Assembly (NCBI GenBank): GCA_900541035.1
Contig: UQIN01000015.1
Location: forward strand, 1,593 to 65,592
Source: an uncultured Collinsella sp.
GTDB taxonomy: Bacteria > Actinomycetota > Coriobacteriia > Coriobacteriales > Coriobacteriaceae
Reading direction: 5' to 3'
Length of the DNA: 64,000 bases
This document shows positions 38,622-49,983 of the stretch, piece by piece. The notes under the pieces were generated by a model. That model was not told where the DNA came from and did no database searches. It saw only the letters and a program-made list of their open reading frames with translations. The first letter of the stretch is position 1. The number at the start of each line of letters is the position of its first letter. Both the position numbers and the translations under genes were made by a program.

Positions 38622-39677
38622 TCATCCTCCGATTTGGGACATAAATCGTTGCGTGCCCTCAATTATCGCGTGTTCCTGCGGTTTGTGGGCCACGGCATCG
38701 CGCCAAATCGAAAGTACCTGCATATCATCACCACGGCGCAGCGCCTCGCGAACCGAATACTCGGCATCGCTGAACAAGCAGGGGCGCACGCTGCCGTCGG
38801 CCGTCAGGCGCAGACGGTTGCAGCTCGCGCAAAAATGGTTGGACATGGCGCTAATGAAGCCGACCGTACCCGCCGCGTCCGGGAAGCGCCAGTATCGCGC
38901 GGGACCGGCACCGGCAGGAGCATCGTTGATGTCGAGCGGCTCAAGCTCACCCAAGCCAGCCGCAGTGGCCCCGGCATTGACGCGCTCCCGCAGCTCGTCG
39001 CTCGACACGGTATCGCTCGCGTCCCACAGCTCGGGATTGAGCGTAGGCGCGTGCGGGTCCACGGCGCAATGCGAGCTCGTGTGTTCGTCGCCGATGGGCA
39101 TGTATTCGATAAAGCGCAGATGGATGGGGCGTTCAACGGTCAGGCATGCGAGGGCCGCCACATCCTGGTTGAGCCGGCGGACCACCACGCAGTTGACTTT
39201 GACGGGCTCGAATCCCCAAGCAAGCGCCGCATCGATGCCCGCCATAGTCTGCTCGAGCCGACCCAGGCGCGTGATCTTTCCAAAGAGCGTGGGGTCGAGC
39301 GTGTCGAGCGAAATATTGACGCGGTCGAGCCCGGCGTCTTTGAGCTGCGGCGCCAGCTTGGGCAGCAGGGCACCGTTGGTGGTGAGCGAGATGTCCTCGA
39401 TCTGTGGGATCGCGCGGATATCGCGGATGAGCGGGATAATGCGGCGGCTGACCAGCGGCTCGCCACCCGTCAGGCGCACGCGACGAATGCCCTCCCCCGA
39501 CACCAGACGCACAAAGCGGGCGATTTCCTCGGCGCTGAGCAGTTCGTCGTGCGCGCGCGGCGCCACGCCGTCGGCAGGCATGCAGTAGATGCAGCGGAAA
39601 TTACACTTGTCGGTCACGGCAATGCGCAGGTAGTTGATGTCGCGGCCAAAACCGTCATGTTGCACGCACTCGTCCAC
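38622..39677 (-). CDS. moaA: GTP 3',8-cyclase MoaA
   Basis: CNFRCIYC radical-SAM motif, LTGGEP, FCASCNRLR, C-terminal MSQIGG. Confidence 0.96.
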   Translation of the reverse strand: MDECVQHDGFGRDINYLRIAVTDKCNFRCIYCMPADGVAPRAHDELLSAEEIARFVRLVSGEGIRRVRLTGGEPLVSRRIIPLIRDIRAIPQIEDISLTTNGALLPKLAPQLKDAGLDRVNISLDTLDPTLFGKITRLGRLEQTMAGIDAALAWGFEPVKVNCVVVRRLNQDVAALACLTVERPIHLRFIEYMPIGDEHTSSHCAVDPHAPTLNPELWDASDTVSSDELRERVNAGATAAGLGELEPLDINDAPAGAGPARYWRFPDAAGTVGFISAMSNHFCASCNRLRLTADGSVRPCLFSDAEYSVREALRRGDDMQVLSIWRDAVAHKPQEHAIIEGTQRFMSQIGG

Positions 39678-39807
39678 GCAATCCTCCCCTCGCGCGGCGA
39701 TTTATTCTTCGGGAAACATAATACCCTACGAGGGAATCAAGCCGACACCCGTACGACAGGACAGGCCATTCGAGCAAGAAGGGCTTCCCGAGCCCATCCT
39801 CAGCATT

Positions 39808-39874
39808 CAAACCGTCCCAACATTCGATGCTTTTCCCAATATTGGCAAAAAACGTCGAATGTTGTAATGGTTTG
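39808..39874. repeat. Palindromic element, family A (downstream of the nuclease-like gene)
   Basis: caaaccgtcccaacattcga...tcgaatgttgtaatggtttg. Confidence 0.88.
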
Positions 39875-39911
39875 CCTGCCCACAGCACCCCGTAGAGGGA
39901 TCAAAGCGTCC

Positions 39912-40949
39912 CTAAAGGCCGCCGTTCCAGTGCCGAATCACGAATTCCCGCAGGTCATTCTGCCGTTTCTGAAACGCCTCACTTCGGTCGCATTTGAGAC
40001 CCATAGCAAGTGCGATGGCATTCATCGCCCGATGCAATTGCAGCCGGTTGGCAAACTGAGTCCCCGTGAGGACGATCATCCTAAAGCTCAGCGCGTTCAG
40101 CACGGTCATACGCTCCGCGTCAGACGCGCTGCGCTGTTTATCAAGATGATCCGAGCCGTTGTATTCAATCCCCGTACCGCTCGCAGGTGCATATACATCG
40201 ATCTCGAAATACCCGGCCTTAGCGAGATATTTGAATTCGTTGGGAACATCGACCCGATGGTTGAGCTCAACCCTGGTGTACCCGAGCCCGCCCTGGGAAC
40301 GCTTCGCGACAACCATGATTGCGGTGGCCGTCTCCATGGGCGACCGTGCGCCATCGTGCACGCGCTTGAGCACGGCAGCCGCACGCGTAGCCCCCTGACG
40401 AGATCGGTTCTCATCGCAATAAGCGACCAAGTCGGCAACGGTATACCTCTGCCCCATCTCGATATAATCGCCTGACGACAAATGATTCAAATGATATCGG
40501 GCGCAGATTTCATACCCATATTCCAGCTGCTCGGGCTCACTCATCCACGAGCCCGCCTGGACGAAGCACATGGCCTCATCAACCACCAGAAGGCCTTCTG
40601 CTACCTCGATAAGATGATCCGAGGGTATGGGCGCTCCAAACACATGGCGTCGGAGACCCGCCGGCCGAGAGCGCTCGAAATCGAAGCCAACCAGCGTGTC
40701 AATACAATCGAGCTCCTCATGTGGAATACCAAGTGAGACCAGGTAGTCGGTGACAATCTCGACCGCCGCAGATATTCTCAGTCCCTTGGCATCGAGTCCC
40801 AATTTGAGCAGGCCCGTGGTCGACTCCGCCTCGTCGGCAATCGAGTCCTCATCGTATAGGCTGCTTGCTCGCGAAAGCGGCTCGGACGGGCGCACCACAT
40901 TGTGGTACAGCCAGGCGGTCTTATGGGACAGGACGATCGGCAGATCCAT
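39912..40949 (-). CDS. AbiEi-like/DUF559 (Vsr-like) endonuclease-domain protein
   Basis: SPMET, GGLG...LNHRV, FEIDVY...IEYNGSDH and DAER...L..L motifs typical of the DUF559/Vsr-like fold. Confidence 0.7.
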   Translation of the reverse strand: MDLPIVLSHKTAWLYHNVVRPSEPLSRASSLYDEDSIADEAESTTGLLKLGLDAKGLRISAAVEIVTDYLVSLGIPHEELDCIDTLVGFDFERSRPAGLRRHVFGAPIPSDHLIEVAEGLLVVDEAMCFVQAGSWMSEPEQLEYGYEICARYHLNHLSSGDYIEMGQRYTVADLVAYCDENRSRQGATRAAAVLKRVHDGARSPMETATAIMVVAKRSQGGLGYTRVELNHRVDVPNEFKYLAKAGYFEIDVYAPASGTGIEYNGSDHLDKQRSASDAERMTVLNALSFRMIVLTGTQFANRLQLHRAMNAIALAMGLKCDRSEAFQKRQNDLREFVIRHWNGGL

Positions 40950-41050
40950 GGGCCCTCCAATGGAGTCGGATAACCAACCTTATTCCCCTGCTCGCGGATT
41001 CGCACACCTTCGCATGCAAGTTAGCGATTCCACCCGATCGGATGACAGAA

Positions 41051-41115
41051 AAACCGTCCCAACATTCGATGCTTTTCCCGATATTGGCGAAAAACGTCGA
41101 ATGTTGGGACGGTTT
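41051..41115. repeat. Palindromic element, family A (upstream of the nuclease-like gene)
   Basis: Perfect 19-bp arms aaaccgtcccaacattcga / tcgaatgttgggacggttt. Confidence 0.9.
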
Positions 41116-41163
41116 GAGGCGGGGTGAGGGGCATGGAGAGTCAAAGCACCGTGCTCAAACGGG

Positions 41164-43062
41164 TTAATCCAGCTCTTTCAATCCGTGCGCTAGCTGCCAG
41201 TACTCGCCGTGCTGGGCCAGGAGCTCCTCGTGCGTGCCGCGCTCGATGATGCGGCCGTGTTCGAGGACCATGATCGCGTCGGCATCGCGGACGGTGGACA
41301 GGCGGTGCGCGATCATAAACGTGGTGCGACCGCGCATGATGCGGTCCATGCCGCGCTCGATGAGCTTTTCGGTGCGCGTGTCGATGGAACTCGTGGCCTC
41401 GTCCAGGATGAGCACCGGCGGATCGGCCACGGCCACACGTGCGATGGCGAGCAGCTGGCGTTGGCCCTGCGACAGGTTGGCGCCATCGGCCGTAACCGGC
41501 GTATCGTAGCCTTGTGGCAAGCGGCGGATAAACGAGTCGGCGCAGGCGGCCTCGGCGGCGGCGCGCACTTCCTCGTCGGTCGCGTCGAGCTTGCCAAAGC
41601 GAATGTTCTGCGCAATGGTGCCGCTAAACAGGTGCGTATCCTGCAGCACAATGCCGAGCGACCCGCGCAGGCTGGCCTTGGCGATGTGCTTGACGTCGAT
41701 GCCGTCGTACGTGATCTCGCCGTCATCGACCTCGTAGAAGCGGTTGATGAGGTTGGTGATGGTCGTCTTTCCGGCGCCCGTCGAGCCCACAAAGGCGATC
41801 TTTTGCCCCGGCTTGGCAAACAAGTTGAGGTCCGTGAGCACGCGCGTGCCCGGCACGTAGGAAAAGTCCACGGCATGGAAGCGCACGTCGCCGGCAAGCG
41901 GCACGAGGCCGGTGACAAGCTCAGTGCCGTCGGCAGCCACCGCACGGCCCGCATCGTCGACCGAGGCCACATCGTGCAGATGCCCGTACGTGCCCACGCC
42001 ACGACCTTCGGGAATCTTCCACGCCCACGCGGAATCGCCCGTCTGCACCAGCTCCACACAGCCCTCGTCCACCTCGGGCTGCAGGTCCATCGCGGCGAAC
42101 AGGCGCTCGGCACCGGCCAGCGCGTTGAGCAAGAAGTTGCCCAGCTGCGTGAACTGGTTGATGGGCATGGCCGCCTGGCGCACAAAGACCAGGTAGCTCG
42201 CGAGCGCGCCCACGTCGGCCAGACCGTTGATGCAGAGCATGCCGCCCGCCACCGCGACGATCGCGTAGTTGGCGTACCCGATCACCACGGTCATGGGCAC
42301 CATCGAGTTGGCATAGGCCTGCGCGGCGCCACCGGTGCGGCGCAGCTCCTGGTTGCGCGCATCGAAACCGGCCACGTTGGCCTGCTCGTGGTTAAAGACC
42401 TTGATGACCTTTTGGCCCGAGACCATCTCCTCGACATATCCGTCCAAGTCGCCGAGCGACGCCTGCTGGGCGGCAAAGAATCGCTTGGAGCGGATACCCG
42501 AGTAGCGTGCGTACAGCACGATGGCCGCGTCGCACACGAGCGTGATGATCGTGAGCTGCCAATTGAGGATGATGAGCATGGCCGTGGTGCCGATCACCTG
42601 GATGGTCGCCTGGATCACGTTGGCAAAGCTGTTGTTGAGCGCCTCGGAGACCGTGTCGACGTCGTTGGTGAAGAAGCTCATGATGTCGCCCGAACGCGTG
42701 CCGTCGAAATAGCTGAGCGGCAGTGTCTGGATGTGCGCGAACAGGTCGCGGCGGATGTCGGACACCACACGTTGGGCCGCGCGCACCATAATCTGCGAGT
42801 AGCCCAGGGCCGACAGCACGCCCGCGGCGTAGATGGCGGCCGTAAAGAAAACCTGCTTGGTGAGCAGCTCCTCCCCGCCCGTAGCCAGGCCGTTGACGAT
42901 GGGTCGCACCATATAGGTACCGGCGAGGCTCGCGATGGCGGCGACGGAGGCTAGCACGCCCACCGCAAGCAGCGAGAACTTGGCATGGCCCATGTATGAG
43001 AGCAGGCGGCGGAGCGTCTGTCCCAAATTGGCTGGGCGGGCCTGAGCGGATGTCTTAGGCAT
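41164..43062 (-). CDS. Heterodimeric multidrug ABC exporter, subunit B
   Basis: GSTGAGKT, LSQGQRQ and DEATSSIDTRTE motifs; start reassigned to MPKTS. Confidence 0.9.
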   Translation of the reverse strand: MPKTSAQARPANLGQTLRRLLSYMGHAKFSLLAVGVLASVAAIASLAGTYMVRPIVNGLATGGEELLTKQVFFTAAIYAAGVLSALGYSQIMVRAAQRVVSDIRRDLFAHIQTLPLSYFDGTRSGDIMSFFTNDVDTVSEALNNSFANVIQATIQVIGTTAMLIILNWQLTIITLVCDAAIVLYARYSGIRSKRFFAAQQASLGDLDGYVEEMVSGQKVIKVFNHEQANVAGFDARNQELRRTGGAAQAYANSMVPMTVVIGYANYAIVAVAGGMLCINGLADVGALASYLVFVRQAAMPINQFTQLGNFLLNALAGAERLFAAMDLQPEVDEGCVELVQTGDSAWAWKIPEGRGVGTYGHLHDVASVDDAGRAVAADGTELVTGLVPLAGDVRFHAVDFSYVPGTRVLTDLNLFAKPGQKIAFVGSTGAGKTTITNLINRFYEVDDGEITYDGIDVKHIAKASLRGSLGIVLQDTHLFSGTIAQNIRFGKLDATDEEVRAAAEAACADSFIRRLPQGYDTPVTADGANLSQGQRQLLAIARVAVADPPVLILDEATSSIDTRTEKLIERGMDRIMRGRTTFMIAHRLSTVRDADAIMVLEHGRIIERGTHEELLAQHGEYWQLAHGLKELD

Positions 43063-44833
43063 GGAGCTCACCCCCTTCTCGGGCCGGGGCATCTGAGGTC
43101 GCATTCCCCGCGAACTCCATCTGCGAGGCGTAAATCTCCTGGTAGATGTTGTCAGCCGCCAGCAGCTCCCGGTGCGTGCCCACGCCGTGAATGCGGCCGT
43201 CGTCCAGCACGACAATGCGGTCGGCATCCATCACGCTCGCGATACGCTGGGCGATGATGATCACGGTCGTATCGGGAATCTGCGCGATGTGCTCGCGGAT
43301 CTTGGCGTCGGTCGCCATATCGACCGCGCTGGTGGAGTCGTCAAAAATGAGTACGCGCGGATGTTTGAGCAGTGTGCGCGCGATGCACAGGCGCTGCTTC
43401 TGCCCGCCCGAAACACCGGCGCCGCCCTGGCCCAGCTCGCCGTCCAGCCCGCCGATGCGGTCCAGGAACTCGTCCACGCACGCCGCGCGACAGGCACGCA
43501 GCAGCTCCTCGTCGGTGGCATCGGGCGCGCCCCACTGCAGGTTCTCGCGCACGGTGCCCGTAAACAGCACGTTCTTTTGCAGCACAATGCCCACGGCATC
43601 GCGCAGGGCGGCCAGGTCGTAGTCGCGCACGTCGCGCCCGCCCACGAGCACGGCGCCCTCGGTCGCGTCGTACAGGCGCGCGATGAGCTGCACGAGCGAG
43701 CTCTTGCCCGAGCCCGTGCCGCCGAGCACACCCACCGTGGAGCCCGGCTCGATGCGAAGGTCGATATGCTCGAGCACATCCTCGGCAGCATCCGCGCGGT
43801 ACTTAAACGACACGTCGCGGAACTCGACACTTCCGTCGGCGACCTCGCGCACGGCCGCGTCTGCCGCGGGCGCCTGGATGAGCGATTGCTCGTCGATCAC
43901 CCGCGAGATGCGCTCCACGCTGGCGAGCGCGCGCGTGAGCAGCAAAAACACGTTGGAAATCATCATGAGCGAGTTCATGATCAGCAGCACGTAGCTCATA
44001 AAGCCCGTGAGAGAGCCTACACCCAACTTGCCGGCGAGAATCATGCGGCCGCCAATCCACAGGATGGAGAGCGCAGCCACGTACATCGACAGCTGAAACA
44101 CCGGCAGGTTGAGCACCGCGCTGCCAAAGGTCTTTGTCGCAGTGCGCGCGAGCTCGGTATTGACGGTGTCGAACTTGGCCTCCTCGTGCTCGGTACGAAC
44201 GTAGGCCTTGACGGCACGCACGGCGGTGAGGTCCTCCTGTACCACGCCGTTGAGGTGGTCCATCGAGGTCTGGAGTTGGCGGTAGAGCGGGCTCACGCGA
44301 TAGGTGATGACGCCCAGTACGATTGCCAGCACGGGCAAGATGATCGCAAAGACGGTGGCGAGCGGGCGCGACAGCATCAGCGCGTAGATAAGGCCGACGA
44401 TAAGCGTCACCGGGCCGCGCACCATAGGGCGAAAGCCGTTGCCCACAGCATTTTGGATAACGGTGATGTCCGTGGTCATGCGGGTGACGAGCGAGCTGGC
44501 GTCGTAGTTGTCCAGGTTGCCAAAAGCGAGCGTCTGAATCTTTTTGTACTCGGCCTCGCGCAGGTTAGCGCCTAGGCCCGAGGCAACGCGGGCGGACGTG
44601 CGGGCATAACCCAAGCCCAGTACCAGCGAAAGCGCAGCGCACACCAACATGTACGCGCCCTGTAGCAGCATGTAGTTGATATCACACGCAGGCACGCCCA
44701 CATCGATGATGTTGGCCATGATGACCGGGATAAACAGCTCGAGCACCGTCTCGACCGACACAAAGAACACGCCGAGGATGGCATCGCGACGGTATGCCCC
44801 TAGATAGGAAAACAGTATTTTGAGATTGCGCAC
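43055..44833 (-). CDS. Heterodimeric multidrug ABC exporter, subunit A
   Basis: SSLVTRMTTD, GGTGSGKS, SGGQKQR, degenerate DDSTSAVD and IAQR. Confidence 0.9.
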   Translation of the reverse strand: MRNLKILFSYLGAYRRDAILGVFFVSVETVLELFIPVIMANIIDVGVPACDINYMLLQGAYMLVCAALSLVLGLGYARTSARVASGLGANLREAEYKKIQTLAFGNLDNYDASSLVTRMTTDITVIQNAVGNGFRPMVRGPVTLIVGLIYALMLSRPLATVFAIILPVLAIVLGVITYRVSPLYRQLQTSMDHLNGVVQEDLTAVRAVKAYVRTEHEEAKFDTVNTELARTATKTFGSAVLNLPVFQLSMYVAALSILWIGGRMILAGKLGVGSLTGFMSYVLLIMNSLMMISNVFLLLTRALASVERISRVIDEQSLIQAPAADAAVREVADGSVEFRDVSFKYRADAAEDVLEHIDLRIEPGSTVGVLGGTGSGKSSLVQLIARLYDATEGAVLVGGRDVRDYDLAALRDAVGIVLQKNVLFTGTVRENLQWGAPDATDEELLRACRAACVDEFLDRIGGLDGELGQGGAGVSGGQKQRLCIARTLLKHPRVLIFDDSTSAVDMATDAKIREHIAQIPDTTVIIIAQRIASVMDADRIVVLDDGRIHGVGTHRELLAADNIYQEIYASQMEFAGNATSDAPAREGGELHA

Positions 44834-45021
44834 GCAGGTTCATCCCCCATCAAACGTTGTTCGCAAACGCACGTATTATTGCGCGCCGAATAATGGTGTC
44901 AAGTATTCCGAAATCGTTTTCTGCAAGGTTAGCGCCGGCGGCGAGTTCTCGTGATGTGTGTCCATATTCACTCGGAATAATGGTGCGCGCGACTTTTTTC
45001 GCTCCGGCGTCAACATAAACC

Positions 45022-45057
45022 TTGACTCTACAATCGTTATAGGGTTTTCACTACACT
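45022..45057 (+). promoter_or_regulatory. MerR(BmrR)-type promoter/operator of the MATE gene
   Basis: -35 TTGACT overlapped by the dyad ACTCTACAA-TCG-TTATAGGGT; a MerR gene follows the MATE gene. Confidence 0.7.
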
Positions 45058-45092
45058 GGTAGATAAACGAACCCAGCCAGAAAGCCCCGCCC

Positions 45093-46439
45093 ATGGAACA
45101 CGACCTCACACGCGGCAATGTCCTTAAGACCATCGCGGTCTTTGCCCTGCCCTATATGCTCTCGTACTTTTTGCAGATGCTCTACGGCATGGCCGACCTG
45201 TACATGATGGGGCAGTTTAGCGGCGCCGCCGGCATCACCGCCGTGGGCAATGGCGCGCAGACGCTCTACATTATTACCGTGACGCTTGTGGGTCTGGCCA
45301 TGGGAACGACGGTTATCGTCGGCCACGCCGTGGGCTCGCGCCGCTTCGACCGCGCCGAGACCGCCATCGGCAATACCATCACGCTGTTTATGGGCGTCTC
45401 GGTGGTACTGGCCGCTGTCCTGCTTGCATTGTGTCCGCAGATTGTGGCACTCATTGGCACGCCGGCCGAGGCAGTCGAAGGAACCGCCGCCTACCTGCGT
45501 ATCTGCTTTGTCGGCATTCCGTTTATCGCCGCATACAACATTCTTTCGGCCATCTTTCGCGGGCTGGGCGATTCGCGCTCGCCCATGTACGTGATCGGCG
45601 TGGCGTGCATCATTAACATCGCGCTCGATTTTCTGTTTATCGGCCACATGGGGCTCGGCCCCGTGGGCGCGGCGCTCGGCACGGTGACCGCCCAGACGGC
45701 CAGCGTTGCCCTCGCGCTCGTGTGGCTTAAGAGCCGCCGCACGAACATCCACGTTAAGCGTAGCGACCTGCGCCCCCAGCCCGAGGTGCTCGGCAGCATT
45801 CTTAAGATCGGCGTGCCTGTGGCCGTGCAGGACGGCTGCATCCAGGTGGCGTTTATGTTTATCACCGTCATCGCCAACCATCGCGGCCTGGTCGACGCCG
45901 CCGCCGTGGGCCTGGTCGAAAAGATGATCAGCTTTTTGTTCATTGTGCCGAGCTCCATGGGCGCCACCGTCAGCGCGCTCACGGCGCAAAACGCCGGCGC
46001 GGGAAAGGGCAACCGTGCGCGTCAGGTACTCAAGGATGCCATGACCATCTCGGTGGTGTACGGCTGCCTGATCACGGTGCTGATGTGGCTGGTGGTGCCG
46101 GCGTTTATCGGCTTTTTTGCCAAGGACGCCGCGGTGGTCGCAGCCGGCACCGGCTATATGCGGAGCTATATTTTCGACGCGATCTTTGCCGGCATTCACA
46201 TTTGCTTTAGCGGCTTTTTCGCTGCGTACGGCAAGAGCTACATCGGCTTTGCGCACAACGTGCTGGCCGTAGCGCTCATTCGCGTGCCTGGCGCATGGCT
46301 GCTGTCGAACGCCTATTCCGACACGCTGTTTCCCATGGGCATCGCCTCGCCGTGCGGGTCGATTCTTTCGGCAGCCATTTGCGTGGTGGCGTTTACCGTG
46401 CTCAACCGCCGCGGAACTTTTGACAAGCTGGCGGCGTAG
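45093..46439 (+). CDS. MATE family efflux transporter
   Basis: DLTRGNVLK, FRGLGDSRSPM, NIALD and AQNAGAG motifs. Confidence 0.93.
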   Translation: MEHDLTRGNVLKTIAVFALPYMLSYFLQMLYGMADLYMMGQFSGAAGITAVGNGAQTLYIITVTLVGLAMGTTVIVGHAVGSRRFDRAETAIGNTITLFMGVSVVLAAVLLALCPQIVALIGTPAEAVEGTAAYLRICFVGIPFIAAYNILSAIFRGLGDSRSPMYVIGVACIINIALDFLFIGHMGLGPVGAALGTVTAQTASVALALVWLKSRRTNIHVKRSDLRPQPEVLGSILKIGVPVAVQDGCIQVAFMFITVIANHRGLVDAAAVGLVEKMISFLFIVPSSMGATVSALTAQNAGAGKGNRARQVLKDAMTISVVYGCLITVLMWLVVPAFIGFFAKDAAVVAAGTGYMRSYIFDAIFAGIHICFSGFFAAYGKSYIGFAHNVLAVALIRVPGAWLLSNAYSDTLFPMGIASPCGSILSAAICVVAFTVLNRRGTFDKLAA

Positions 46440-46493
46440 CGAGGCGACGCAGGCCTAGCACCTCTCCCCTGTTTTACCGAAAGGAGCGGTCCT

Positions 46494-47339
46494 GTGACCG
46501 ACATGCCAAGCGAACACACCGAGGGCCTGCTCCGCATTGGCGAGGTGGCGCGCTTGCTCAATTTGAGCGTGGGCACACTGCGCCATTACGAACAGATGGG
46601 GCTATTGGAGCCGGCATATGTCGATCCGGCGAGTGGGTACCGCTACTACGGATCCCGGCAGCTCTCTACCCTCAACACCATCGGCAACCTGCGCGTTCTC
46701 GACCTGCCGCTGGCGCAAATTCGCGAGTTTGTCACTACGCACGATATGGATTTGATGCAACGGCAACTGACCAAGCAACAGGAGTTAATTGAGCACAAGC
46801 GGCGTGAGCTGGAGCGCATGTCGCGCAAGATTGACCAGCGGCTTGCCTTGCTTCATGGCGCTTTGAATGCTGATCTCGACACCATTAGCGAAATCGAAGA
46901 ACCCGAACTTCGCTGTGCCACGCTGCACGAGCGCGTCAATCCCACCGACGCCTATTCGCTGGGATGGCATATCCGCCAGCTTCAGCAGGGACAGCACGAA
47001 ACCTTTGCCTATCTGGGCAATCTGGGTGTAGGTATCGCGCCCGAACGCCTGGCAGCCGGTGACTTTGACGGCTACGACGAGGTCTTTCTGCTGCTCGATG
47101 ACACCGATGGGTACTTGGGCGACGTTGAGACGCGACCTGCCGCGCGCTGCCTGACCATAAGCTTCCGCGGCACGCACGGGCAAGCAGCCCCACGCTATGA
47201 GCAGCTGCTCAGCTATATGCGCGAACACAACCTGACGCCCGCCGGTCCATCGCGCGAGATCGCCCTGATCGATGACATCATCAGCGATGATCCGGCAACC
47301 TACGTGACGCAGATCACGGTGCCGGTCTCTCTAGGCTAG
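46494..47339 (+). CDS. MerR-family regulator with GyrI-like effector domain (BmrR-like)
   Basis: LRIGEVA...TLRHYEQMGLL...SGYRYY; C-terminal YVTQITVPV. Confidence 0.92.
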   Translation: MTDMPSEHTEGLLRIGEVARLLNLSVGTLRHYEQMGLLEPAYVDPASGYRYYGSRQLSTLNTIGNLRVLDLPLAQIREFVTTHDMDLMQRQLTKQQELIEHKRRELERMSRKIDQRLALLHGALNADLDTISEIEEPELRCATLHERVNPTDAYSLGWHIRQLQQGQHETFAYLGNLGVGIAPERLAAGDFDGYDEVFLLLDDTDGYLGDVETRPAARCLTISFRGTHGQAAPRYEQLLSYMREHNLTPAGPSREIALIDDIISDDPATYVTQITVPVSLG

Positions 47340-47509
47340 ACCGAGCCTCGCCTCTAACTCGGTCAACGCCTCAAAGGCATCGCGAGATGCACCCGCCGCG
47401 CGCTCGCGCTCGGCAACGCAAATTCGCATCATTAAGCGCTCTTTTGCCTGCACTTGGGAATGCCTCGCGCGCCCTTCCACCTGCGAGCAATTGCGATTCT
47501 CGATATCCA

Positions 47510-49771
<2,262 letters not shown>

Positions 49772-49921
49772 CTAGAGTACCACCGGTCACGATGGGGCCG
49801 AATAACCCTTTCGAACCGCACCGAATCGGCAGCGGCCGAACCGGGGTGGATCGCGCGATCAAACCGTGCCCTTGCCATTTCTACATGATCCGTTTTCCCG
49901 TCCCCAACGAATCAATAAGAA

Positions 49922-49957
49922 AAGAGGGCTGTCCCGCGTTGGCGGGACAGCCCCTCT
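49922..49957 (-). terminator. Terminator after htrA
   Basis: agagggctgtcccgc-gttg-gcgggacagcccctct hairpin with a U-rich tail on the minus strand. Confidence 0.7.
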
Positions 49958-49983
49958 GGCTTCGATATGTGCAATACGGTTCG

